From contig OY970399.1 in assembly GCA_963720545.1 (NCBI GenBank), positions 3,840,001-3,904,000 on the forward strand: a stretch of 64,000 bases of DNA, given 5' to 3'. Of this stretch, positions 30,958 to 38,833 are shown one piece after another; positions within the stretch are counted from its first letter, which is position 1; each line of letters starts with the position of its first letter. The notes beneath the pieces were generated by a model. That model ran no database searches. It saw only the letters and a list, made by a program, of their open reading frames with translations, and was not told the origin of the DNA. The stretch comes from an uncultured Acidobacteriota bacterium. Its GTDB lineage: Bacteria; Acidobacteriota; Vicinamibacteria; Fen-336. Made by a program: the position numbers and the translations under genes.

Positions 30958-32202
30958 TCAATCGGTTAACTGCGTTTTTCCCGCTGCCGCACTATCCGCT
31001 TTAAGCAGGGCCGCCGCGTCTAGCTCCACCTGAGTCGCCGCAATCTCCGTGGCTATCGCGGCCGCCTCAACTGCTCCGACTCCGTCTGCCCTGGCCTGAT
31101 ACTCGGCCTCACCGCGCCGATCGCGCTTCTTCAGCGAAGGATCGTCGGCCACATCACCAGGCAGTTCGACTCTTAGTTCCTCGACAATCATCCGGACCCC
31201 CGAGGCGACAGGCAGGGCCAACAAAGCACCGAGGATTCCCAGTAACTTGCCCCCAACGACCAAGGCGATGATCACGACGGCTGAGGGGAGACGCAGCGCG
31301 TTGCCGTAAATGCGCGGGACCAGAAATCGATTTTCAAACTCCTGATAGAGGAGCAGCACAGCCAGCACCACCAGTGCCACCGTCGGGCCATGTACCAACG
31401 CGGATAGGACGGCCGGCCCCGCTGCTAACGCGCCCCCGATGTAAGGCAACACATCCGCAACGCCAGCAAAAACCGCGAGCGGAAGCGCATTGGGGACGTG
31501 TGCGACCCGCAGCACGACGAACGTAAAGGCTGCCATGAGGAGCGACGTGATCATCTGCCCACGCATGTACCCGCCCACGATCGTTTCCAGACCCAGCAAA
31601 ACCCGTGAGAGCCGCACATGGTAAGTGCGGGGAACCAAGGCGAACAGACCACCCCGCATGCGATCGCGATCAATCAACAGATAGAGCGCGAAAAAGGCGG
31701 CAGTAACAGCGCCGCCGACTATCTCGAGGATCTGCGGCGAGTACGTCAATGCGGCTCGGGCACCATTCGACAGAACTTCTGTCACGCGCATGCTTCGAAC
31801 AGCCTGCGCGAGTGGTGCTGACCAACGGTGACTCTCGAGATAGGCAGTCAATGCTGCCTGCGCCTTCGGAAGTTGAACCAGGATGTCCGATAGCTGAGAA
31901 AGAAGGCGCGGAATCGTTATGGCGATTATGAGGAGAGATGCCAGAGCCACGCCGCCAAAAACGATGGCAATCCCGAAGCCACGTGGAATCTGCCGACGCT
32001 CAAGCCACTTGATCATCGGGTTCAGCATCCCCATGATCATCAATCCCACGATGATGATGAGGAAGACTGGCACTAGCTGTACTACTAACCAGAGGCCCAC
32101 TGCGACGAGGGCGATGCGCAGCAGCGTGTCCGTCGTTATCTGGATGCGCGACGGCGTACTAGTGTTCTTTCTCCCACAATATATACCACGCGTGATATTC
32201 AC
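30958..32202 (-). CDS. AI-2E family (PerM/TqsA-like) transporter; start uncertain
   Basis: GGYMRGQ, LPYIGG, YQEFENRFLVPRIYG, GILGALLALPVA. Confidence 0.88.
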   Translation of the reverse strand: MNITRGIYCGRKNTSTPSRIQITTDTLLRIALVAVGLWLVVQLVPVFLIIIVGLMIMGMLNPMIKWLERRQIPRGFGIAIVFGGVALASLLIIAITIPRLLSQLSDILVQLPKAQAALTAYLESHRWSAPLAQAVRSMRVTEVLSNGARAALTYSPQILEIVGGAVTAAFFALYLLIDRDRMRGGLFALVPRTYHVRLSRVLLGLETIVGGYMRGQMITSLLMAAFTFVVLRVAHVPNALPLAVFAGVADVLPYIGGALAAGPAVLSALVHGPTVALVVLAVLLLYQEFENRFLVPRIYGNALRLPSAVVIIALVVGGKLLGILGALLALPVASGVRMIVEELRVELPGDVADDPSLKKRDRRGEAEYQARADGVGAVEAAAIATEIAATQVELDAAALLKADSAAAGKTQLTD

Positions 32203-32367
32203 TGCTCGTATCGCGCCTGCGTTGGTGAGATGTGTGGTTGTGACCTCTTCGCCAGTTTCTAATATTGGTCATTTTCTGCAGGAGCGAACTAGCCGAAATT
32301 CCCGGCAGCGCGTCTGGGTGATACCCCTCAATCGTGCGACAGTCCTCGCAGCTACCTTCCCCAAGTC

Positions 32368-32517
32368 CTATCTGACGGTCCTTCCGCCGACAAAGTGCAT
32401 TGCGAGAGAGACGAGAGCCACGAGCAATAGGATGTGGATCAGTCCGCTCGCGACGTGAAACACGGTAAAGCCGCCTATCCATGCAACTAAGAGAACGACA
32501 AAGAGCGTCATCCACAT
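32368..32517 (-). CDS. Small membrane protein, lmo0937/DUF5670-like (49 aa)
   Basis: Hand translation MWMTLFVVLLVAWIGGFTVFHVASGLIHILLLVALVSLAMHFVGGRTVR. Confidence 0.8.
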   Translation of the reverse strand: MWMTLFVVLLVAWIGGFTVFHVASGLIHILLLVALVSLAMHFVGGRTVR

Positions 32518-32653
32518 ACTCGTGAGCCTCACTTTTTCTTTTGCGGTATGGGTTCCACTGCGATGGTGAGCGAATGGCGGCTGCCGCCGCCATTCGCTTC
32601 CAAGTGTCGGGCGGTTATCCCGTAGCGTCGGGGGAGCCGCAAGACGAGTCGCG

Positions 32654-33202
32654 CTATGAGATTGTGGCGGTCGTCTCCTTCACCGATGCTTCACCGGTAG
32701 AGGAAACATCCTGGGCACCGGTCTGCTCAAGAATGTCCTTTGCACGTTCTCTCTCGGTAGAGCTGTCAGCGTGGACCGAAAGAAGAATCCCGCCGTCCTT
32801 GACCCGACCCTCATAACGTTTGGCTTCGTACTCGGGGATTCCCATTCCAATGAGCGCACCCGTGAGCCCGCCGACCGCGCCACCGACTCCCGCTCCTGCG
32901 AGTGCAGCCATGATGGGACCGGCGGCGATGAAGGGACCAAGTCCGGGGATCGCCAATGCGCCGATACCCGCCAACCACCCGAGCCCGCCCCCCAATACGG
33001 CGCCCGCGCCTGCGCCAGTCGAGGCACCTTCGGGCGCCTTGGTGTTCTTTTCGTGAGCGAAATCCTTAGTCCCTTCGCTGTGTGGGAACAGGACGGAGAT
33101 GTCTTCGTTGGAAAAGCGCCCCATCTTCAACGCTTCCACCGCATTTTCTACACTGGACTGGTCGGAATAGATGCCGAACACGGCCGTTTTGGTAACTGAC
33201 AT
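32654..33202 (-). CDS. General stress protein (YflT/17M-like, glycine zipper)
   Basis: AVFGIY, GALAIPGLGPFIAAGP, GIPEYEAKRYE. Confidence 0.85.
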   Translation of the reverse strand: MSVTKTAVFGIYSDQSSVENAVEALKMGRFSNEDISVLFPHSEGTKDFAHEKNTKAPEGASTGAGAGAVLGGGLGWLAGIGALAIPGLGPFIAAGPIMAALAGAGVGGAVGGLTGALIGMGIPEYEAKRYEGRVKDGGILLSVHADSSTERERAKDILEQTGAQDVSSTGEASVKETTATIS

Positions 33203-33226
33203 TTGGATGCCTCTTCTCTCTCTCAA

Positions 33227-33655
33227 CTACTTTTTTGGTTGAACTTCCAGTTCGCTAACGACTTTGTCCTTCCCAACTACCTCCGCGGCCTTCGCTTCGA
33301 TCGAGAGTTTTTCGGCATCTGACCTAACCGGCCCTTTGAGGGTTACGATCCCGTCCTGGGAAACGACCTTGACGTTGTGTGCGTATGTGGACAGGGATTT
33401 ATCCTTCACGACTGATTGGCGAATTTGCCGTGCAATCTTGAGATCAGAACGATTGTTCAACTGGTCGCTCGCTGTCGGCTCACCGGCTTTGCGGTCGCGC
33501 TGGTTCACCTTCGTATTGTCTGCAGCGGGCGCTTGGGTAGTGCTTGCGGGATCCTGCGCGGCCCTAGCGTTTTCCTGTGAAAACGCTGAAACCAAGCCGA
33601 TAGCAAAAACGCCAATGACTACGGCGCAGGCAGTTTGTCCGAACGTATATTTCAT
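33227..33655 (-). CDS. BON-domain (OsmY-like) exported protein
   Basis: Signal peptide, ADNT..N.RD, DKSLSTYAHNVKV...G.VTLKGPVRS. Confidence 0.88.
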   Translation of the reverse strand: MKYTFGQTACAVVIGVFAIGLVSAFSQENARAAQDPASTTQAPAADNTKVNQRDRKAGEPTASDQLNNRSDLKIARQIRQSVVKDKSLSTYAHNVKVVSQDGIVTLKGPVRSDAEKLSIEAKAAEVVGKDKVVSELEVQPKK

Positions 33656-33737
33656 CTATGTCGCTCCTCATTCCTTCCAGCAACGTGTGATGCTGGCTGT
33701 GAGTCGCCTAACTCGAATGACGACCCCCGGAGCAATG

Positions 33738-33753
33738 AGCAACAATCGAGCCA
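33738..33753 (-). promoter_or_regulatory. sigma54-type -24/-12 promoter for the BON operon
   Basis: TGGCTCG-ATTG-TTGCT against consensus TGGCACG-N4-TTGCW. Confidence 0.65.
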
Positions 33754-33988
33754 AGGAGTACGTCTGCGAGCGAACCCGCGGCGGTGGAGCGGCAGTCTGC
33801 CAGAGCGTTTTTCTACAGACGACATTCCTTTGCACGCTTGCGCCCTAATTGCTGACTCGAGTCTCTTCTTGGCTCACACCAGTCCGGGCTAGATAGCCCG
33901 GCGCAGACAAACGCATGGGCCGGGAAGAGCGAAGGCGTCATAGTGCTCCCCAAGGAACACCGCCCAGTACCCTTCAACAGAAAGCGTA

Positions 33989-34270
33989 CTAGTCCGCTGT
34001 GATCGGAGCGGCCGCGCCTTCCATAGTCGGGCTTTGCTTCGCAGCATCCTGGGCGCGAGATAGTCGCATAGTCGCTGTGGTGGGATCCTCTACTAGGCGG
34101 ATCTCAAACTTAAAGGCCGCGACGAACTTACCTTGCGACTCCACAACAACAATTTCCTGTCCATCTGGCAGGTACCTGACGCTAACAACCTTCCCGCAAT
34201 CGCCGCGAGCAACGGGAGGTGAGTCACGAAGAAACTCGACACGTAATCCCACAAGCGGATTGTGTTTCAT
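33989..34270 (-). CDS. SH3-like microprotein, paralog A
   Basis: VGLRVEFLRDSPPVARGDCGKVVSV; similar to three neighbouring ORFs. Confidence 0.6.
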   Translation of the reverse strand: MKHNPLVGLRVEFLRDSPPVARGDCGKVVSVRYLPDGQEIVVVESQGKFVAAFKFEIRLVEDPTTATMRLSRAQDAAKQSPTMEGAAAPITAD

Positions 34271-34553
34271 CGAGGAAGCTCCGGGTTAGGTTGGGGGGTG
34301 AACCTAAGCGACGGGCCAAAACGGGGTTTCGTGCTCAGGACACTCACCCTGTTCTAGCCCGTCAAGCAACGAATATAGTCACACCCGCGAAAATGGAGCA
34401 ATCAGGGAAATCCCGCACCCGGTCAGCGGAACGAAAGGGCATGAAGCTCGGGGCGGGCGTTTGCTAGGTCGATCCGCGGGACAGACGCTCTTGCCATACG
34501 ACAGAACGGCAAGTAGGTTGAAAATTGTCCTCCTCGAAACCTAGGCGTATGCA

Positions 34554-34766
34554 ATGGACGGCGTGCCCTCCCGGGGTCGCAGAGTAAAGCTACTAGTTGC
34601 CTTGACTCCAGCACCGTTAGGCGCTGTGTGTGTCGTAAAGAGCGAGTTCACCTATTCGGGTCGGCAGAGTCGAGAAGATGTTTTCCAACTCGTGTACGAC
34701 GGAACAACAATCAAAGCGTTCCGCAAAGAATTTGAGTTTGTTCCTTCGGAGACCGCGAAGCGTTAA
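34554..34766 (+). CDS. SH3-like microprotein, paralog B
   Basis: GRRVKLLVALTPAPLGAVCVV...YDGTTIKAFRKEFEFV. Confidence 0.65.
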   Translation: MDGVPSRGRRVKLLVALTPAPLGAVCVVKSEFTYSGRQSREDVFQLVYDGTTIKAFRKEFEFVPSETAKR

Positions 34767-34914
34767 GGCCTCCTGGGGTTGGCCCGGCGGCCAGGCATTT
34801 TCACCGAGAACTTGTCGTGACCGTTGACGCCGGGGTGTACAGTCCCCACCGTCTCTCCTGAGCCATCCCATACCGAGCTTCTCATCTGAAGGCATCGCCT
34901 TTTGAGGAGTGAAC

Positions 34915-35127
34915 ATGCTGAAGGGCTATCCGCCAAAAGGTACCAAAGTCAGATTCCTCACCGATGGGGTTCGCACCTTGCGGTTCATAGCCGCCGGCGA
35001 AACCTGAACGCTGATTTCGTCTCCGGACGGAGACATGAAAGAGCTTCCTCACGACTTATTCCTTGTCATGGACTGCCACGACAACATCGTGGTGGCTGAG
35101 CGCAAGGAGATCACCGAAGCAGAGTGA
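34915..35127 (+). CDS. SH3-like microprotein, paralog C, with in-frame TGA at 35005 (selenoprotein candidate or pseudogene)
   Basis: GAGGAG RBS; MLKGYPPKGTKVRFLTDGVRTLRFIAAGET*TLISSPDGDMKELPHDLFLVMDCHDNIVVAERKEITEAE; similarity to the paralogs continues past the TGA. Confidence 0.6.
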
Positions 35128-35141
35128 CGGGGCGGGGTACG

Positions 35142-35336
35142 CTAATCACTAGGCTTGGACTTGGGTGCTTGCTTGGGTTGGCGGGGCCGTTTGTAGGTAT
35201 GTTCCTTGACCCGCAGGCATTGAACAGTCTCCACATCAGCCGTGTCCGCCAGGCGCTGAGCCTTGCCGCCACACTCAGTGCACCTCTTCCAGCCCAGAAA
35301 CTCACCGAGGTTAACTGCCTGCGGCCCACGTCCCAT
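35142..35336 (-). CDS. Possible zinc-ribbon microprotein
   Basis: CTECGG ... CLRVKEH with a basic tail; start uncertain. Confidence 0.4.
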   Translation of the reverse strand: MGRGPQAVNLGEFLGWKRCTECGGKAQRLADTADVETVQCLRVKEHTYKRPRQPKQAPKSKPSD

Positions 35337-35466
35337 ACCCGCATCTTCTACGGGGGGATTTGACGCTACGCAAGACTCTTCAGGACCGCACACACTACTT
35401 TGCCCGCCCTGCCGCTTAGACCTGAGAGGAATTTTCACCAAGGTCCGTCCAGCGGCGCCTCGTCCG

Positions 35467-35482
35467 TGGCATCCAACCTGCA
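35467..35482 (+). promoter_or_regulatory. sigma54-type promoter, cassette 1
   Basis: TGGCATC-CAAC-CTGCA; conserved in the second cassette. Confidence 0.65.
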
Positions 35483-35516
35483 GTGCTGACCCATGAGAAT
35501 CCTAAAAGGGGCGTTC

Positions 35517-35693
35517 ATGGAACCTCGCACTTCAGATCCCGATGCAGAACCCGTTCCCCTCGACGACAAGCAGCCGAAGTACGGCGGCGTCAATCCCGGC
35601 AACACCAACAACGTCGATGAGCGTTTCTCGGATGACGTCGACGACGATGAAGACAATGACGAAGATCCGGGCGAGGCGGAACTGGGAGCGTAA
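35517..35693 (+). CDS. Acidic micropeptide, copy 1 (58 aa)
   Basis: MEPRTSDPDAEPVPLDDKQPKYGGVNPGNTNNVDER plus D/E tract; paralog at 36580. Confidence 0.7.
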   Translation: MEPRTSDPDAEPVPLDDKQPKYGGVNPGNTNNVDERFSDDVDDDEDNDEDPGEAELGA

Positions 35694-35750
35694 GAAACCA
35701 GGAAAGGCGTCGAGTATTTGCCCGCGCAGAATGAACAAGAGGGAAGAAAA

Positions 35751-35906
35751 TTGACGAAATGGCTGTTGGTTACAGCGCTAGCCCTTGGGCTGGCGGGTTG
35801 CGCCAGTGATCCGCCGGTGCCCCCAACACCGCCGGGAGACAACCTCCCATCGCCATCGCCTTCGCCAAAGCCAACACCGACACCCACGCCGCCATCGGGC
35901 CGGTGA
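35751..35906 (+). CDS. Pro/Ser/Thr-rich micro-lipoprotein, copy 1
   Basis: TTG start, lipobox LAGC, then ASDPPVPPTPPG..PSPSPSPKPTPTPTPP. Confidence 0.7.
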   Translation: MTKWLLVTALALGLAGCASDPPVPPTPPGDNLPSPSPSPKPTPTPTPPSGR

Positions 35907-35907
35907 A

Positions 35908-36108
35908 ATGGACAGGCTCGTAGGCGAACACGTCAAGCTGTTGGTCGGCGTCGCACCGTTGGTGAAGGGCACGATATGCGTTGTCAGGGATGTACTGACC
36001 TATCGAGGTGCGGAGTTGCCAGAGGATCCGCTGTTCTTGGAGCATGATGGAACACGGGTTACTGTGCTACGCCGAGATGTTGAAGAGGTGAACGCTCTCA
36101 TCTCTTGA
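35908..36108 (+). CDS. SH3-like microprotein, paralog D
   Basis: ATG 1 nt after the previous TGA; VGEHVKLLVGVAPLVKGTICVV...ELPEDPLFLEHDG..V.RRDVEEV. Confidence 0.68.
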   Translation: MDRLVGEHVKLLVGVAPLVKGTICVVRDVLTYRGAELPEDPLFLEHDGTRVTVLRRDVEEVNALIS

Positions 36109-36530
36109 CTAGCAACTTTGCTGGCGCCGATAGTGAAGTTCTTTTCGAAGCCGATGAACCTGTCGATTTGGGAGAGCCAACAGATCTGTTTTACCCCGCT
36201 CCTGTGGCGGTACGTGGGCCCCGTCCAACCGCCGAGCCCGTTACCCGTATTTTGAAATGGCGTAGCACGATCGGTTGATGTCGCCGATTTTTTGTTGACT
36301 ACATCTAGACCGCCATCCAGAGTGCGGGCGGTGGCTGCCTGCTGAAGGGGCCGGCCACCGAATGCTCGGTCCCTAGAGAATGCTCTCGCTACGGACCGGG
36401 CATTCTTTGCGTCGCCTTATCACGAGTCACGCTGCGCCAGCCTTTTATTCTTTTGTCCTTGGTGCGGCCGCCGGGTTTGTCGTGGCTCACCATTGCTCCA
36501 CGCCGCGCAGGTGCGCCAACCAACTCCTGG

Positions 36531-36546
36531 TGGCATCCAACATGCA
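36531..36546 (+). promoter_or_regulatory. sigma54-type promoter, cassette 2
   Basis: TGGCATC-CAAC-ATGCA. Confidence 0.65.
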
Positions 36547-36579
36547 GTGCTGCACGAAGGTAAACCCAAAAGGAGTGTT

Positions 36580-36780
36580 ATGGAACCTCGCACATCAGAT
36601 CCCGACGCAGAACCCGTTCCCTTCGACGACAAGCAGCCCAAGCATGGCGGCGTCAATCCCGGCAACACCAACAACGTGGATGAGCGTCTCGAGGCTGACG
36701 TCGACGACGATGAAGACGATGATGAAGATCAGGACGAGGACGAATCGGGAACGACAGAAACCAAGAAAGGCGTGGAGTAG
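36580..36780 (+). CDS. Acidic micropeptide, copy 2 (66 aa)
   Basis: AGGAG RBS; N-terminal 36 aa nearly identical to copy 1. Confidence 0.72.
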   Translation: MEPRTSDPDAEPVPFDDKQPKHGGVNPGNTNNVDERLEADVDDDEDDDEDQDEDESGTTETKKGVE

Positions 36781-36812
36781 CACCACGCCAAATGAAATAA
36801 GAGGAAAGCAAA

Positions 36813-36987
36813 TTGACGAAACAACTCCTGTTAATTACAGCGCTGGCCCTCGGGCTAATCGGCTGCGCCAGCAATCCGCCCGCGCCTGGCACGACGCCAG
36901 CAGGGAACGTTCCTTCTCCCCCCCTCGCCCTCGCCCTCGCCATCGGTCAGCCCGACGCCCACCCCCACGCCCACCTCTAACCGATAA
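36813..36987 (+). CDS. Pro/Ser/Thr-rich micro-lipoprotein, copy 2 (extra C in a C7 run at 36918-36924)
   Basis: TKQLLLITALALGLIGCASNPPAPG; removing one C restores PSPSPSVSPTPTPTPTSNR, which matches copy 1. Confidence 0.65.
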
Positions 36988-36998
36988 AGGGAGGAGCA

Positions 36999-37490
36999 AT
37001 GCCGGCTAAGACATCGAACGCTAGCAAGTCGCAACGCGGGACTGGAAAGCACGCGCTCGCGCTCCTAAAGAAGGACCACGAGACGGTTGCGGGCCTGTTC
37101 GAACAATTCGACAAAGCTAAGGAACCTAGCCGCAAGGCCAAGATCTTTAGCAGCATCAAGTCGGCGCTAGAAGTCCATGCGCGCATCGAAGAGCAGATCT
37201 TCTACAAGGAAGCCGAGAGCGAGGCGGGGCGTGAACTGCAGAAACAGCTTAAAGAGGCCCACGGGGAGCACGCCATCGTCAAGAAGTTGATGGGCGAGGG
37301 TGCCTCACTCGACCCGGACTCTGGTGAATTTGACGCTACCGTCGCCGGGCTGAAGGGGGCCGTCGAGCACCACGTCGAGGAAGAAGAAACGGAAATGTTC
37401 AAGGAGATCCGCAAGGCCTTCTCCCGCGCCGAGCTGCAGGAGATGGGTCAGCGTATGCAGGAGCTCAAGCGGAGTCTGCAGGCTCGATAG
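36999..37490 (+). CDS. Hemerythrin/HHE cation-binding domain protein
   Basis: LKKDH, HARIEEQIFY, EH, HHVEEEE..MF; GGAGG RBS. Confidence 0.88.
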   Translation: MPAKTSNASKSQRGTGKHALALLKKDHETVAGLFEQFDKAKEPSRKAKIFSSIKSALEVHARIEEQIFYKEAESEAGRELQKQLKEAHGEHAIVKKLMGEGASLDPDSGEFDATVAGLKGAVEHHVEEEETEMFKEIRKAFSRAELQEMGQRMQELKRSLQAR

Positions 37491-37593
37491 CGCCCACGGA
37501 CCGGTGTGCACGGCGTCGGCGTCAGAGGACTTGAGCCCGGTCTTTCCTTGACTGTTCCCGGCGTGAGCTAGATACCCCCACCCCCGGCACTAC

Positions 37594-38097
37594 TTACTGC
37601 TGTGGCGCCGAAGATTTCGCCTCATGGACAGACTCGTGGCCGTTCGCGTCGCGAATCGTCACCCGAACCACTGCCAGCAATACTGCGAACGTCTCGGGAA
37701 GGGAAGGATTCTGCTTTATCGAGACGACCGAAGTTGCCGGAATCTCGATGTTCTGCCTTGTCGGAATCTCGCAGGTTGACAGGTAGCCGGGCGAACAAAC
37801 GTGGGCGCTCAGTTGTTGGCCGGAAAACGTGGAATGGTACAAGACGTCGCCGGTGCGGTCGGTAACCGTCGTATCGAGGGCCACGATCGTGCCCGGCACG
37901 TTCCCCGAGGTGATGTTGGTTGTGAAATCGGCCCACAAGGTGAAGTGGCCGTGCCCGAAGAGGAACGTCAACCTGCCGATCGGATCCGGTGTAATGCTCA
38001 CTGAGAATTCGCCGGCGGGACCGGAAGGCGTGTCGTTCCCGCAACCTGCGAGGCCTATTGCCAACGCTGCCGTGGCTAATGCAAGCACCCTGATCAT
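37594..38097 (-). CDS. Hypothetical lipoprotein
   Basis: Lipobox LAGC, beta-rich; its stop codon lies inside the att repeat. Confidence 0.65.
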   Translation of the reverse strand: MIRVLALATAALAIGLAGCGNDTPSGPAGEFSVSITPDPIGRLTFLFGHGHFTLWADFTTNITSGNVPGTIVALDTTVTDRTGDVLYHSTFSGQQLSAHVCSPGYLSTCEIPTRQNIEIPATSVVSIKQNPSLPETFAVLLAVVRVTIRDANGHESVHEAKSSAPQQ

Positions 38098-38208
38098 GCT
38101 CACCCCCTGCGTTCAAGGGTAGTCGCCGAACGCGGCAAGCTGGTAATTGCCAAAACGCTTTCGTTCGAGATTTTGATTCGCTTAAGCTGCCAAACACTGG
38201 AGGCGGCC

Positions 38209-38814
38209 ATGTCGGACGACCCAAAACCGGGGCTGCTGGATTCGACGCGCCGTGAGTTTCTTCGCGCTACCGGCGGAGGCGCTGCCGCTGCGGCGATAGT
38301 AGGCGTCGTTCCGGGGCAGGCGAGTGGCGCCGCCGGGCCGGATGCAGAGGGCGCCGTCCAGGTCACGTTGCGCGTCAACGGCAAGGACCGGGCGTTGCGG
38401 GTCGATCCGCGGACGACACTTCTCGATTGTCTGCGCGAGACGGTTGCGCTGACGGGAACGAAGAAGGGGTGCGACCACGGCCAGTGCGGCGCGTGCACCG
38501 TTCACGTCAACGGCCGTCGCGTCAATTCGTGCCTCAGCCTGGCGCTCATGCACGACGGCGACGAGATCACCACCATCGAGGGCATTGGCACGCCGGATGC
38601 GATGCATCCGATGCAATCGTCCTTCGTCGCCTGCGACGCATACCAGTGCGGATACTGCACTTCCGGACAGATCATGTCGGCGGTGGCCCTGCTCAAGGAG
38701 CCGTGCGGTCCCGACGATGCCGCGGTGAAGGAGCTGATGAGCGGGAACATCTGCCGCTGCGGCGCGTACGGCAACATCGTGATGGCGATCCAGACCGTTC
38801 GTAAGAACGCCTAG
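38209..38814 (+). CDS. paoA: Aldehyde/xanthine oxidoreductase 2Fe-2S subunit with Tat signal
   Basis: TRREFL, GCDHGQCGAC, QCGYC, GNICRC. Confidence 0.88.
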   Translation: MSDDPKPGLLDSTRREFLRATGGGAAAAAIVGVVPGQASGAAGPDAEGAVQVTLRVNGKDRALRVDPRTTLLDCLRETVALTGTKKGCDHGQCGACTVHVNGRRVNSCLSLALMHDGDEITTIEGIGTPDAMHPMQSSFVACDAYQCGYCTSGQIMSAVALLKEPCGPDDAAVKELMSGNICRCGAYGNIVMAIQTVRKNA

Positions 38815-38833
38815 CGGGGCACGGAGCGACTCC

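Larger units (their letters stand above)
30925..37597. mobile_element. Genomic islet integrated at tRNA-Leu, no integrase visible
   Basis: Direct repeat CCCACCCCCGGCAC(C/T)ACTTAC at 30925-30945 and 37577-37597; visibly lower GC between them. Confidence 0.8.

Noticed and set aside
35517..36780. Acidic peptides as RiPP precursors
   Set aside because: No modifying enzyme, protease or exporter nearby.
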